A stretch of 63,342 nt of DNA, the filler included, from Octopus bimaculoides (lineage: Eukaryota): assembly GCF_001194135.2 (NCBI RefSeq). It is 6 parts of 6 records of this genome, joined end to end, with 100 filler letters (N's around TTAATTAATTAA, not from the genome) between each part and the next. Parts side by side here need not be neighbours in the genome. Positions count along the whole stretch, not along the records: positions 16,546 to 34,652 come from NC_069003.1; positions 34,753 to 42,453 come from NC_068994.1; 4 more parts are not named here. One strand, given 5' to 3'. The notes beneath the pieces were generated by a model that saw only the letters and a program-made list of their open reading frames with translations, did not search any database and was not told the DNA's origin. This document shows, piece by piece, positions 27,030 to 38,326 of the stretch. The translations under genes and the position numbers were made by a program. Positions within the stretch are counted from its first letter, which is position 1. Each line of letters starts with the position of its first letter.

Positions 27030-27816
27030 CTCTTCATCTGATCCAATGTCTTGAAAGACATCAATATCATCCTCTTCATCTTCTGCCATATCACCATGTT
27101 TCATCTTCCTTGCTTCAAGAGCATCTTGTTGGTTGAGAAATGTTTCCATTTCAGAGAGTTTGAAGAAATTGTCGTCCACAACTGATGATTTAGTTTTATT
27201 CTTCTTTGGCTTACCTTCATCCTGTTGGTTTGGTTCTGAGTCTTTGGAATCTTCCCCATCTGAAACATCTTCCTGGAATTCTGTAGCCAAGTCATTGGGA
27301 TCACCCTCAGAATCAGTACCGATATCAGAATCTATTTGCTTAGTTCCAGAAAGTTGTTCATATTTTTTCAAGTTTGACTTTATCTTCTCCAGTTCTTTGT
27401 CACTTTCATCATCATCATCATCATCATCCTCATTGTCATCACCATCACCCTCTTTGTCTTCTGAATTTTCAGCCAATGGTTCTTCCTCTACCTCTTTTTC
27501 TTCTGCATCATCCGAGGCTTCATCATCACCATTACTATCATCAACATCGTCATCACTGTCATCATTCTTGTCAAGTAATGATTTAGAAGTTTTAAAAGAT
27601 ATCCGCTCCTTCCCAGCAATTAGATGAGACAAATCAGTGATGAATTCAGATATCACTGCACTGTTGTACAACTCAAGTTCTTCCCAAACTTGCTCATTTT
27701 CAAAACTGTCCACAATTAATTGAGAAACAGCCTTTTTGACAGGAAGTTTTTGGAAAGTCAAATCATACAGCTTTTTCGTAGTTTCCTTTAAACATTCAGC
27801 ATTCTTTTTATGAACA
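27030..27816 (-). CDS. MPHOSPH10: MPP10 exon 2 (acidic region)
   Basis: cacag acceptor, gtaaga donor; contains FENEQVWEELEL and SVVDDNFFKLSEMETFL, both MPP10 motifs, and a long D/E-rich stretch. Confidence 0.93.
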
Positions 27817-28914
27817 CTGTGAAAAGATAAAAGCAATAAATATTACATTTTATTTTCAGAATACCAAATTTATACAGCTTCGTTTTTGGATCTGGTTTGC
27901 AAAATACTTTGTGTGAACTTGTGTGTTGGAGCAAATTATGTTGTGTCTTATTATCTAACACACAGGTTCGATTTTCACTCATTTATTATTTTTCCTTCTA
28001 AAATTTCCATTGCTTTTGCAACTTTTGTCATTATTCAGTGGAGACATAAACACACCAGCACAAAATAACAGACAGAATCAACATCCACTGACAAAGTTGC
28101 CAAAGCTATTAAAATTTTAGAAGAAAAAATATAGATAATAAATGAGTGGAAATCGAATCGGTGAGTGTGTTAAATAATGAGGCCATTAAGACAATATGAC
28201 TCTCCCCAGGCACAACAAAATTTAAACAGTTTTGAGCAAATTTATATAATATATGTTGCAGTAATAATAGCAAAATGTGAAAGGAAGGGTGTTAGGAAGG
28301 CCATCCAGTTATAGAGACCAAGCCAAAATAAACTATGGAACCTGGTGTGATTCCAGTTCTTGTTAAGTTGTCCAACCCATGCCAGCATGGAAGATGGATG
28401 TTAAATGTTGATGAAAGGGTTGATTCAATAATATCATAATCATTGTTTTAATGTTCTCTTTTCCATGCTAGCATGGGTCAGACAGAATTTATTGAGGTAG
28501 ATTTTTTTATAGTTGGATGCCCTTCCTATGGTTAACCCTCACGTGTTTCCAAGGAAGGTAGTATTTCCCTATGACTGGACATGTACATAGAAGGCTGGAA
28601 AATAATGATACCACTTGTATACCGGCAATGCTCATTTACAACTATCCAATGTCAAGACAAAGGGGCACAAACACACACATATCATATGTATGCATGTATT
28701 TTTCTTTTACATGTTTTAGTCTTTAGACTGTGGCCATGCTGGGGCACAGGCTTGAAGAATTTTTAGTCAAAGCCTGGTACTTATTCTATCAGTTTTTTTT
28801 TGCCAAACCACTAAGCTATGGAAACATAAACACACCAGCACTGGTCGTCAAGTAGTGGTGGGACAAACACACACACACACACACATGACAGGCTTCTTTC
28901 AGTTTCCACTCACA

Positions 28915-28995
28915 AGGTAGTAAGAATTAAGTTTACACTTATTGGATGAGTATTGTTACCTCATCCAGTAAGCATAAATTTAATTCCTACTACCT
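28915..28995. repeat. 36-bp-arm foldback hairpin, 9-nt loop
   Basis: aggtagtaagaattaagtttacacttattggatgag / ctcatccagtaagcataaatttaattcctactacct; five mismatches, all transitions. Confidence 0.85.
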
Positions 28996-29029
28996 AAATA
29001 TATGTAATCATATCATAGGTCAAGACAGT

Positions 29030-30360
29030 GAAACCACTAACACCGAACATGACAGCATATACCACACCCATAACAGTACTACCACTATTACTAATACTAC
29101 TATTACTACTACCATTAATAACAATAGTAATAACAATAATAATAACAGCGATAATAATACAAGCCAATCCCCCTAATACCACACTAAACTTTAACTTGTC
29201 CATAAATAGTATAGCATCATCCCTTTCCACAACTAACCCACATTTGACAGATAGTTGCAACTGCGGGTCCAGGACTGAATGCCCACTGCAAGCCCACTGC
29301 AGAAGGTTTAACGTAGTATACAAATGCATTGTCCATAACATATTGCATAATTCTACTAGCTACTACATCGGGTCTACTATTAATTTTAAACAGAGATATT
29401 CTGCACATCTAAACTCATCTAAATATGAAGTACATAGTAAATCCATGTCCCTAGCCAATCACATTCATCATCTGATAAATAGGAAAGTACCATATGGGAT
29501 ATCCTGGGCCATAGTAGATTCTGGTGTCCCATATCAAGGCCAGCACTCCACATGTGGACTCTGTCTGAAAGAAGCCCTCCAAATATTAATTCATAATTTA
29601 CTGCAATTACTCAATAAACAACACAAAGCATTCTCTACATATAAGCATAAGTTCTATCACATCTTTAGATTCTTCTATAGGTCAAAATGCAAGCAAAATC
29701 AACACACATAACAAATGCCTGTATGCATCCACAGTTGTAACAATATACATACGATTTTTCTTTTCCTTTTCTTCTCTATCAACATAAGTATCTTAAAAGC
29801 TAGTTAGCTTTAATTTTCTTAATTTTTAATTAAACTTCTAATTTTAATTCTTTAATTTGTATCCTTTATCCATTTAATTGTAGGTTTTTCCTATATATAC
29901 CCGCTTAAGCTAAGCATCTATTTTTAGCTATCCCTACTGAACACTGACCACACTTAACCTAGATTTCATCTATTTAATAAATATCTTCCTCCTCCACTTT
30001 GCCAAAACCTTAACGCTTGACCTCTCACCTCAAACCAACACTTACTAAGAATAATACTGGCATCTTATCTCTGTCTGGATTCACCTGGGATTACACCTAA
30101 GGGCCTATACCTTCACGGAAGAGCAGACCAACCTCCATACCCTCTGGAAAATGAAGAACTGTGAACTTTATTATCCCGTCTGTATTCTTCTATATACTTT
30201 TATTCTTTATTCTTCTATTTTATTCCTTATAAACTGTGAATTTCCCTGTCTAGAACTTTCATACATACTCACTTTGTCTCTGATGATGGAATATCCAGTG
30301 TACAGACATGCTAGCCTATCACTTGGGATATCCCAGAAACATCTGTAAGATTTCAAATTA
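29030..30360 (+). mobile_element. 5'-truncated Penelope-like element: GIY-YIG endonuclease and 3' region
   Basis: CNC...CPL..HC...VVYKC...YYIGSTINFKQRY..H...ISWAIV...C.LCLKE...LLNK...KHKF is the PLE endonuclease pattern; a hammerhead-like core lies at its 3' end. Confidence 0.85.
30276..30351 (+). ncRNA. Partly decayed hammerhead ribozyme in PLE 3' region
   Basis: GTCT-CTGATGA-TGGAATATCCAGTG...CACTTGGGATATCCCA-GAAA-CATCTG-TA-AGAT; long stem II, near-palindrome ACATCTGT, U10.1-A11.1, 4-bp stem I. Confidence 0.55.
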
Positions 30361-30743
30361 ACCTTACCCTAATTAGATTATTATAAATGATTTGAGATAC
30401 TTGTCCTGCTTTGATTTTTGTTGTATTTTTCCTCTAATATATACCTGCTAACACGAAAGCCTAATACAGATCCCTAGCTCTAGCCTCAGCTGTGAAATTG
30501 GGACCTAACAGATGACCAATTATAGCACTTACTTAGCATATCTATTTGTTTAGATCATCAGTGAACTAAACCCCTCATGTTCTTTATATATATATATATA
30601 TATATATTTATAATAGAAAAACATTTCACCTAAACCTGGAGTTTCTACCTTTATAAGGCTGTTACATCCTTAGTACTTGTGTGAATTTTTGCTATCTTGG
30701 TAACTATTTTTTTTTTTTCTGTGTTATTTGGAAAAAAACACAC

Positions 30744-30785
<42 letters not shown>

Positions 30786-30873
30786 GGTAGAAACTCCAGG
30801 TTTGGCTGAAATGTTTTTGTATAATATGGATAAATAAATGAAGTTAAATACAGGTGTTATTCAAATCCTTTTA

Positions 30874-30958
30874 CTTCCGACATATGTTTCGAAGAAAACA
30901 TTGGTATTCCAGAAGGAATAAAATGGTATAAAACAATGCAATCTTCTCATCAGGGAAA
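30874..30958 (-). ncRNA. Type I hammerhead ribozyme with canonical core (left arm of 30.9 kb pair)
   Basis: TTTCC-CTGATGA-GAAGA...TCTTC-GAAA-C-ATAT-GTC-GGAAG: all core nucleotides, G10.1-C11.1, GUC triplet, 5-bp stems I and II, palindrome ACATATGT. Predicted cut between 30879 and 30878. Confidence 0.8.
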
Positions 30959-31054
30959 GAAAGAAACCAAACATATCAATAAGCCATTTTAACTCATATT
31001 TAAGCATGTGCAACATTCTGTTAAAATGTCTTATTGATGTGTTTGGTTTCTTTC

Positions 31055-31142
31055 TTTCTCTGATGAGAAGACTGTATTGTTTTACACCATTTTATTCTTT
31101 CTGGAATAATACCAGTGTTTTCTTTGAAACATATGTCGGAAG
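31055..31142 (+). ncRNA. Hammerhead ribozyme, right arm of 30.9 kb pair
   Basis: TTTCT-CTGATGA-GAAGA...TCTTT-GAAA-C-ATAT-GTC-GGAAG; two C-to-T changes turn the core-adjacent pairs of stems I and II into G-U. Confidence 0.65.
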
Positions 31143-32690
31143 TAAAAAGATTTGAATAACACCTGCATATCATACACACACGTGCTTCTTTCAGCTTACA
31201 TCTACCAAATCCACTCACTGATTCATAATCCCAGACTGACCATCATGGGATCCAACCTGGGATTATAGCTGAAGACACCTACCAAAGGTCTCATGCAGTG
31301 GGACTGAATCTAGCAAACTTCTTAACCAAATGCCAACGAAGCAAGACATAAGCACAAAACATACCTAGAAAACATTATCATCTCCACTCCTATTTAAGCA
31401 TGTGCAACATTCAACTACAGCTCTCATGATCCCTCCAAATGTTAGCCCCACCCCTTCCATCACTAGACTTAGCTACATCCTAAACTTAGCTAAGACTGCA
31501 TTCCTGCAACTGGCCCCTCTCTCTTCATGGACAGAAAATACTTCAGTCCCTAACAATTATTGATATTCTACTTTGTGGGCCTCAAGTGAGGAATTCTGGT
31601 TTAAGCACCCAATATAACCCCCTGATTATTAAAAAAAATTCCGAGAAAGAGCGGAAATTTTAGGATTGATGGGTGGGGGCGTTAAAAAAATAATTTTTTT
31701 TTTTTGCATAGTCGTATGAATTCTCGTGTGTAGAACAAATTCGCAAAATTTTTCTGAAAATTCCCCAAAAAAAAAAAAAAGTTATGAGAGAATATGAGGT
31801 GATTAAACCAGAATTCCGCCATAAAATCCCTTATAGTCACACTCCAGTATCTGGCCCACACGAATGCTGTTTCCTCTCTCTGCTTTTTCTACCACTACTA
31901 GAACTCGTTGTTTTCATGCCCCCGCCATTCACTAACACATTCCAGACTCCCTTGTCTCTCTCTCATATCACCCTAAGTTGTGTCTAAGAACTCCAGGTCC
32001 TACGCTAACCATTTCGTCCAGTTTTTTTAAGGGTCTGCGAAGAGCATGAGCCCTATCCATTCCCCCAAACCGGGCGAGTGAAAAAAAAAAGAAAAGCAAG
32101 TAAAGCTACATCATGTTTGCAAGCTGGCGGAATCGTTCGAGCAGTGCAGGTTTTGTATCCCTCTTTTCTTTCTGAACTAAAATCCTGCTGAGGTTAATTT
32201 TGTCTTTTATCCTTCCGGGATCGATAAAATAAAGTACTAGTCTAGTAATGGGGGCGATCTGATTAACTAACCATTACTGTTTAGCACAAGGCCAACTCTG
32301 ATCAACCAAAGGATAAACGGATTTGAAACCGTGGCTATACTGCCGTTTTAGGGATAACTATGATTATATTATCAAAAGTGTACTTCCTTTCTTTTAAGAA
32401 GATAAGAGCGTAGTTTGAGAAATATTTGACTGCTATGCTCTAGCAGGCAGGATGACTGCTAGTGACATTCCATTGTCAATAAAGCTTTAATAACACAACT
32501 CTCCGTCAAGGCGATTTCGCTATCGTCTCCAAGAGACGTGTCCATAAATAAAACTGAAAAAACCCACGTGTTTTTCAGGACCGTATAACACATGTTATTA
32601 GAATACAAGGAATTGTATTCTATTTCTCTTAAATGACAATAAAATTATCGATTTATATGAATATTTTCAACAATCTATATTTATACTCAC

Positions 32691-32767
32691 TCTAAGAAGT
32701 TCTCTGGGCTCCGGGAAATAACATTTAACACATTCAGTGTTTGCCCTAAACATTCGTCGCCAGCCAT
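32691..32767 (-). CDS. MPHOSPH10: MPP10 exon 1 coding part (start codon)
   Basis: aaaaATGGCT start, MAGDECLGQTLNVLNVISRSPENFL, gtgagt donor; the phase 2 end joins exon 2 in frame. Six exons total 1275 nt = 425 codons. Confidence 0.8.
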
Positions 32768-33499
32768 TTTTGTTTTCTTTGTGCGTTTTCCCTTCATTAG
32801 AGAGTTACAAGCGGTGCAAAAGCAAAATAGTAACCATATAATTTTTATTCAGTATAAAAATTTAATTCAAAATAATGAAACTGCGTAAGGTAGCGAACTA
32901 GCACTATCATTAGCACATCGGATAAAATACTTAGCAGTATTTCTTCTGGCTTTATGTTCAAATTCCGCTGATATCAACTTTGCCTCTCACACTCTCGGAA
33001 TCGATAAGTACCAGTTGACCACTTGTCAATGTAATCGACTAGTTTTTGTGCCTATAGTAGAAAGAGAAGTTATGGAACTACGTTTCAATCGAAGTTTGCC
33101 AAAGTTATTTCTTTTCTTTTTTTCTTTACTTGATCTGCAAGAAGTGGCTATGTCCATGGCTTTCACAGGCTCTTCAAGACGGTTGAAATCGATGCTTTAA
33201 CTTTTTTAAAATTTTATTTGAAGGGAATTTGCAAATCGATGTCTGCAAAAATAGAAGTCAAAAATACTTCTGTGCCACAGAATAGTCACAAAATTAATAC
33301 AAGCATGATAGGAAAAAATTCCATTGAGCAATAAAATTGTATCACCTCTACTAGATCAGCAAAAGTAATGCTGGTTAATTTGATACCATGATTTTGAATT
33401 TAGTGCCAAACAGTGCCTGATTCTCTAGCCAATTCAAGGATGTGGAGTCCTCATTAGAGGTTAAATAATCCAAAAATGTCACTGGTTAATCACTATCAT

Positions 33500-34600
33500 A
33501 TAAGGAGAAAGTCTCAACAATATGTTAGGGATTATTATAGTAATACATTGTGGGGATGAGCCGGAAGAAGAGGGCCATAGCAATGTGAGAGAAAGAAAGG
33601 GAAAGAGAGGTTAATGAGGAGAAAGAAAGAAACAGGGTAGCCTGTGGGGACAGAGAGTGGAGGAAGGTAAGTGACAGGGTATTAGCAAGGATTCCTTAGA
33701 AGACTAAAAATAAAGAGAGAAATATAAAAATATAGAGTAAAAAATATATATAAAATGAAAATAAAAGAAATATAAAAAGTAGAAATAAAAATAAGAATAA
33801 ATTGTAAAAATAAGGGTACAGGTAAAAGAAGAGAGGAGGAAGAAAATGGAGGATAAAAAATAAAGAGGAAAAGAAATAAAGAGAATAATAGATAAGATGC
33901 CAGCACTATCCCTCAAGTTTAGGGTTGGGGCAAGAGGTCAAGCAGTGAATATTTGTGTCTGTTGAAGAGATGAAGTTCCAGTTGGTTGTGTTCAGTAGTT
34001 ATAGATATATTCCTATCTATGAATACATTTAAGGATGAATGGAGAAGCAGGCATGAATGGAGAAACCAGTTAAATATTTAATTGTTTAGGAATAAAAGTT
34101 ACAATTTAAGATTTGGAGATCCAAGATGTTAAGGTTTAAAGTTTAGGAGATTAAATAAAACCCACAGGTCAAAGAAAAGAATTAACATTTATCTTCTAAG
34201 GTACTAATGGTAATGGAGAGGATAATGAAGGGATAGACATAGATATATTATAACAACCATGGAGATATGCAAATAAGTGTTACGTGTGAGGGATAAGTTT
34301 ACTCTTGGACTTATGGAAAAATTTAAATGTGCAAAAAAAATTTGTGTTTGCAAGTTGTGAATGCTTTGTTTTGTTGGAGTGGAGTTAATATCTAGAGGGC
34401 CTCCTTTAGGCAGAGTCCACATGTGGAGTGCTGGCCCTGATATGGGATGCCTGAATCTATTATAACCCAGGATGTCTTATATTGTATTTTCCTATTAGTT
34501 AGATGGTGTATGTGGCTGGCCAGGGATGTGGAGTTGCTATGCTCTTTATATTTAAATGAGTTTAAATGTGCAGAATATCTTTGCTGGACAGGGCGGCTTT
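33500..34600 (-). mobile_element. Second copy of the 29-30 kb PLE family (endonuclease end and 3' region)
   Basis: 34380-34590 is a diverged reverse complement of 29390-29590; 33890-33950 matches about 30010-30070. Left boundary approximate. Confidence 0.7.
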
Positions 34601-34612
34601 TAAGCTAGTATA

Positions 34613-34652
<40 letters not shown>

Positions 34653-34752
34653 NNNNNNNNNNNNNNNNNNNNNNNNNNNNNNNNNNNNNNNNNNNNTTAA
34701 TTAATTAANNNNNNNNNNNNNNNNNNNNNNNNNNNNNNNNNNNNNNNNNNNN
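34653..34752. other. Artificial scaffold linker N44-TTAATTAATTAA-N44
   Basis: Identical 100-bp spacer. Confidence 0.95.
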
Positions 34753-34929
34753 ACACTTGCCCAAGGTGCCACGCAGTGGGACTGAACCTGGAACCATTTG
34801 CCTAAAGAGCCTTCAAGGCAGTGCCCCAGCATGGCCACAATCTAATGACTGAGAACAAGTAAAAGAAAAAACATGATATAAAAGATACATTTTAGGTCAT
34901 ACTTGTAAATATAAGAGCCTTAAGGCTCT

Positions 34930-35280
34930 TTAGGCAAATGGTTCCAGGTTCAGTCCCACTGCGTGGCACCTTGGGCAAGTGTCTTCTACTATAGCCTCGG
35001 GCCGACCAAAGCCTTGTGAATGGATTTGGTAGGCGGAAACTGAAAGAAGCCTGTCGTATATAGGTATATATATATATGTTTGTGTGTCTGTGTTTGTCCC
35101 CACAACATCACTTGACAACCGATGGTGGTGTGTTTACGTCCCCCGTAACTTAGGGGTTCGGCAAGAAGAGACCGATAGAATAAGTACTAGGCTTACAAAG
35201 AATAAGTCCTGGGGTCGATTTGCTCGACTAAAGGCGGTGCTCCCGCATGGCTACAGTCAAATGACTGAAATGAGTAAAAA
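34930..35280 (+). mobile_element. Near full-length family B SINE
   Basis: ggttcagtcccactgcgtggcaccttgggcaag...internal (TA)n...ggcggtgctcccgcatggctacagtcaaatgactgaa. Confidence 0.75.
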
Positions 35281-35616
35281 ACTATATGTACAAATACATT
35301 TATGTTCATGTGTTAATTAGCAAGCACATTAATTATGATAGTAAAGTGGTGAACTAGCAGAATTATTAGCAATATTAGGCAAAATGCTTAGCAGCATTTC
35401 ATCCATCTTTATGCTCTGAGTCCAAATTCCACCGAGGTTAAATTTGCCTTTCATCCTTTCGGGGTCAATAAAATCAGTACCGGTTGGACACCGAGGTCGA
35501 TGTATTTGGCTTTCCCTATCCCACCAAATTGCTAGCCTTGTGCCAAAATCTGAAAGCATATTAATTATGATAATGTTTGAATACGTATTTAACATATTCT
35601 CTCATTGCTATTGAAG

Positions 35617-35727
35617 TTGAAGCTGTACAGCGGCTACAGAATGTTCCTGTTCGTGAGAATATCCCAGTTGGAGCCAGGCGTAAAATAGCTCGGCGGCGAA
35701 TGCAACTGGAGAGAGAGAGAGATTCAG
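35617..35727 (+). CDS. DDRGK1: DDRGK domain-containing protein 1, first visible internal exon
   Basis: Strong CAG|gtaag donor in phase 1 joins the next exon in frame; EAVQRLQNVPVRENIPVGARRKIARRRMQLERERDS. Acceptor uncertain (35617 or 35631). Confidence 0.6.
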
Positions 35728-35879
35728 GTAAGAGGTTTCTCTTCTTTTTTCTGTCTTTTTTCTTTTTTACAGATTTTCAACGTTATGTCAGTTTTTCTGT
35801 GTTAACTAACATTCATGGTATATATTTTCTTGGAAGTATAGGTTTATTTCTTTTTGTTTTTTGTTACTTGATACCCTTC

Positions 35880-36272
35880 CGTCTGTGGAGGCGCAATGGC
35901 CCAGTGGTTAGGGCAGTGGACTCGTGGTCATAGGATCGCGGTTTCAATTCCCAGACCGAGCGTTGTGAGTGTTTATTGAGCGAAAACACCTAAAGCTCCA
36001 CGAGGCTCTGGCAGGGGATGGTGGCGAACCCTGCTGTACTCTTTCACCACAACTTTCTCTCACTCTTACTTCCTGTTTCTGTTGTGCCTGTGATTTAAAG
36101 GGTCAGCCTTGTCACACTGTGTCACGCTGAATATCCCCGAGAACTACGTTAAGGGTACACATGTCTGTGGAGTGCTCAGCCACTTGCACGTTAATTTCAC
36201 GAGCAAGCTGTTCCGTTGATCGGATCAACTGGAATCCTCGACGTCATAAGCGACGGAGTGCCAACAACAACA
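35880..36272 (+). mobile_element. Full-length tRNA-derived SINE family C
   Basis: tRNA-like head ggcgcaatggcccagtggttagg...ggtttcaattccc (A and B boxes), (CAA)n tail, second copy at 10.9 kb. Confidence 0.8.
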
Positions 36273-36464
36273 ACCCTTCCTTCTGCTAACTTTGACAAAT
36301 GGGATAATCCTCTTCGTTAGTTAATTAAACAAAGCAAACCTAGTTATCATTCCTGCAAAAACTTTCTCACCCACCCTGGTAAAATTGATAGGTTGATATA
36401 TGTGTATTGACAAGTGGTGGGTGAGGAAAACGCACATCGGTGTGTGTATATGAATGCATGTATA

Positions 36465-37620
36465 CAAAGAAAGTCGCTAAAAGGGTCATAGTTCAATTAA
36501 TTAAGAGGAGAGTTAGTGTAGATGAGAAGCAGTTTGGATTTGTGCCAGGTAGGAGCATCACTGATGCTATATTCTTGGTCAGACAATTGCAAGAGAAATA
36601 TCTAGCCAAAAATAAACCCCTGCACCTGGCTTTTGTTGACATAGAGAAAGCTTTTGATAGTCCCCTGTTCCTTATCTGGGGGTCAATGTGGAAGCTAGGG
36701 ATAAGTGAGTGGTTGATGAGAGCTGTACAAGTCATGTACAGGGATGCTGTCAATAGGGTGAAGGTTAGCAACAATTATAGCGATGAATTCAGGGTACAAA
36801 TAGGGGTTCACCAAGGATCAGTCCTCAGCCCTCTCTTGTTCATCATAGTCCTCTAAGCAATGACAGAAGAATTTAAGATGGCAGTCCCTGGGAACTCCTC
36901 TATGCTGAATCACTACCAGAACTAAAGAAATTTCAGGTGTGGAAGCAAGGTCTAGAATCGAAAGGCCTTAGAGATAATCTAGTGAAAACCAAAGTTTTAG
37001 TAAGTAGGAGAGCAGACAAATCACAAATGCCCTCAGGTAGACGGCCCTGCTTGATTTGTAGAAAATGTGTAGGTAGTAACCCCATAAGATATACCCAGTG
37101 TAAGTTATGGACACATAAGAGGTGCAGCAATATCAGAGGAAGGTTAACAGGGAAAATAGTTTTTGTGTGTGGGAGGTGCACAGGTACAATTAACACCAAA
37201 AATGTACAGAAAATAGACTTCATCAAATGCCAGAAGGAGTAAACTAGAAGTAGATGACAACTTCCATTATCTAGGTGACCGAGTCAGTAGTGGGGATGAA
37301 TACTCTGAGATTGTAGCTGCTAGAATAAGAATAGGCTGGGCAAAGTTCAGAGAGCTCATACTTCTCTCTCTCAGAGTGAAAGGCAGATTGTACGATGCCT
37401 GTGCGTGAACAGCCATACTACATGGTGGTGAAACATGGGCTGTGACTGCTGAGGACATGCGTAGGCTTGAAAGAAATGAAGCTAGTATGCTTCACTGGAT
37501 GTACAATGTACAACAGTGTGTCTTGAAAGAAAAGTTGGGTATAAGAGGCATCAGATATGGTACGTAAGGGAGACTACTTTGTTGGTATGGTTATGTGATG
37601 CATATGGACAAGGACAGCTG
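36465..37620 (+). mobile_element. RTE LINE relic, RT domain to C-terminal region
   Basis: QFGFVPGRSITDAIFLVRQLQEKY, FVDIEKAFD, GVHQGSVLSPLLF, FHYLGD; stops and frameshifts. Confidence 0.9.
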
Positions 37621-37924
37621 TTGATAAAATAAAGTACCAGTTGAGAGTGTGAGATTGATGTGATTGTTAGAATGTTTGAGGAGATGTCATATGGAAGCTG
37701 CCTGAGCTCTTTGTATTTTGAGTTCTTGGGTGGTGGAAGACTTGTATCTGTTACTCTGTTTAACACCACAACATGGGCCTTTAGATGCTTTTAATTGCCT
37801 CCATTCTGTTGCAAGCATTTGGCCTAGCTCTCTGATTTGAGGATCATTTTCTCCTTTCCTATCTGTCTTGGAAGCCCTGTAGAATAAAGGATCACAAGCA
37901 CTGCCCTTGCCTTTTTGACTAAAT

Positions 37925-38216
37925 CAGGGGTTTTCAGCCAGGGTCCAAATAAGCTTTATGGGGGTCCATGCAACAAAACAGTAAACTGGGGATCCACAAT
38001 AGTATTTTAAGGGCCCCTGAAAAAATGATACTTTAGATGTATGTATTGCAAGAAACAGTTAGGTTTCTTTCTCTAATATTTTATATAGTTCAGTTTACAC
38101 AAGTTAATGTGTGAAAAACAAAATAGGAATTTGGAAAGAAGTTTCTATAAAACTAGTTTTTAAACATTGAATGGCTCTGGTGAGGTCCACCAGAATAAAA
38201 TAGTTGAGAACCCCTG
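37925..38216. mobile_element. 292-bp hAT (Buster/Charlie-type) MITE
   Basis: TIRs CAGGGGTTTTCA / TGAGAACCCCTG and a perfect 8-bp TSD GACTAAAT (37917-37924, 38217-38224) with central TA. Confidence 0.9.
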
Positions 38217-38326
38217 GACTAAATAGTGGAAAAAATTCAAAAGAAATGTGGTTGTTAGGTTGTGGAGAACAGAAGGCATGTTTTGATGTTTAGAATTTAA
38301 CTCATTGTAGTCAATCTTTCTTACAG

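Noticed and set aside
27133-27627. Ser-rich 164-aa plus-strand ORF
   Set aside because: Antisense shadow of the acidic MPP10 exon 2.
30520-30570. CTGATGA-TCTA-aacaaa-TAGA (minus)
   Set aside because: No GAAA after the stem.
33015-33200. Candidate DDRGK1 exon 1 divergent from MPP10
   Set aside because: ORF starts in a SINE, lacks the expected N-terminal transmembrane helix and has no suitable donor.
35885-35960. tRNA gene
   Set aside because: Only a SINE head; no complete cloverleaf and it continues into the SINE body.
23761-36520. RTE fragments at 23.2 and 36.5 kb look like two halves of one element
   Set aside because: They overlap by about 50 diverged bp and lie in different scaffold segments; separate copies of an abundant family.
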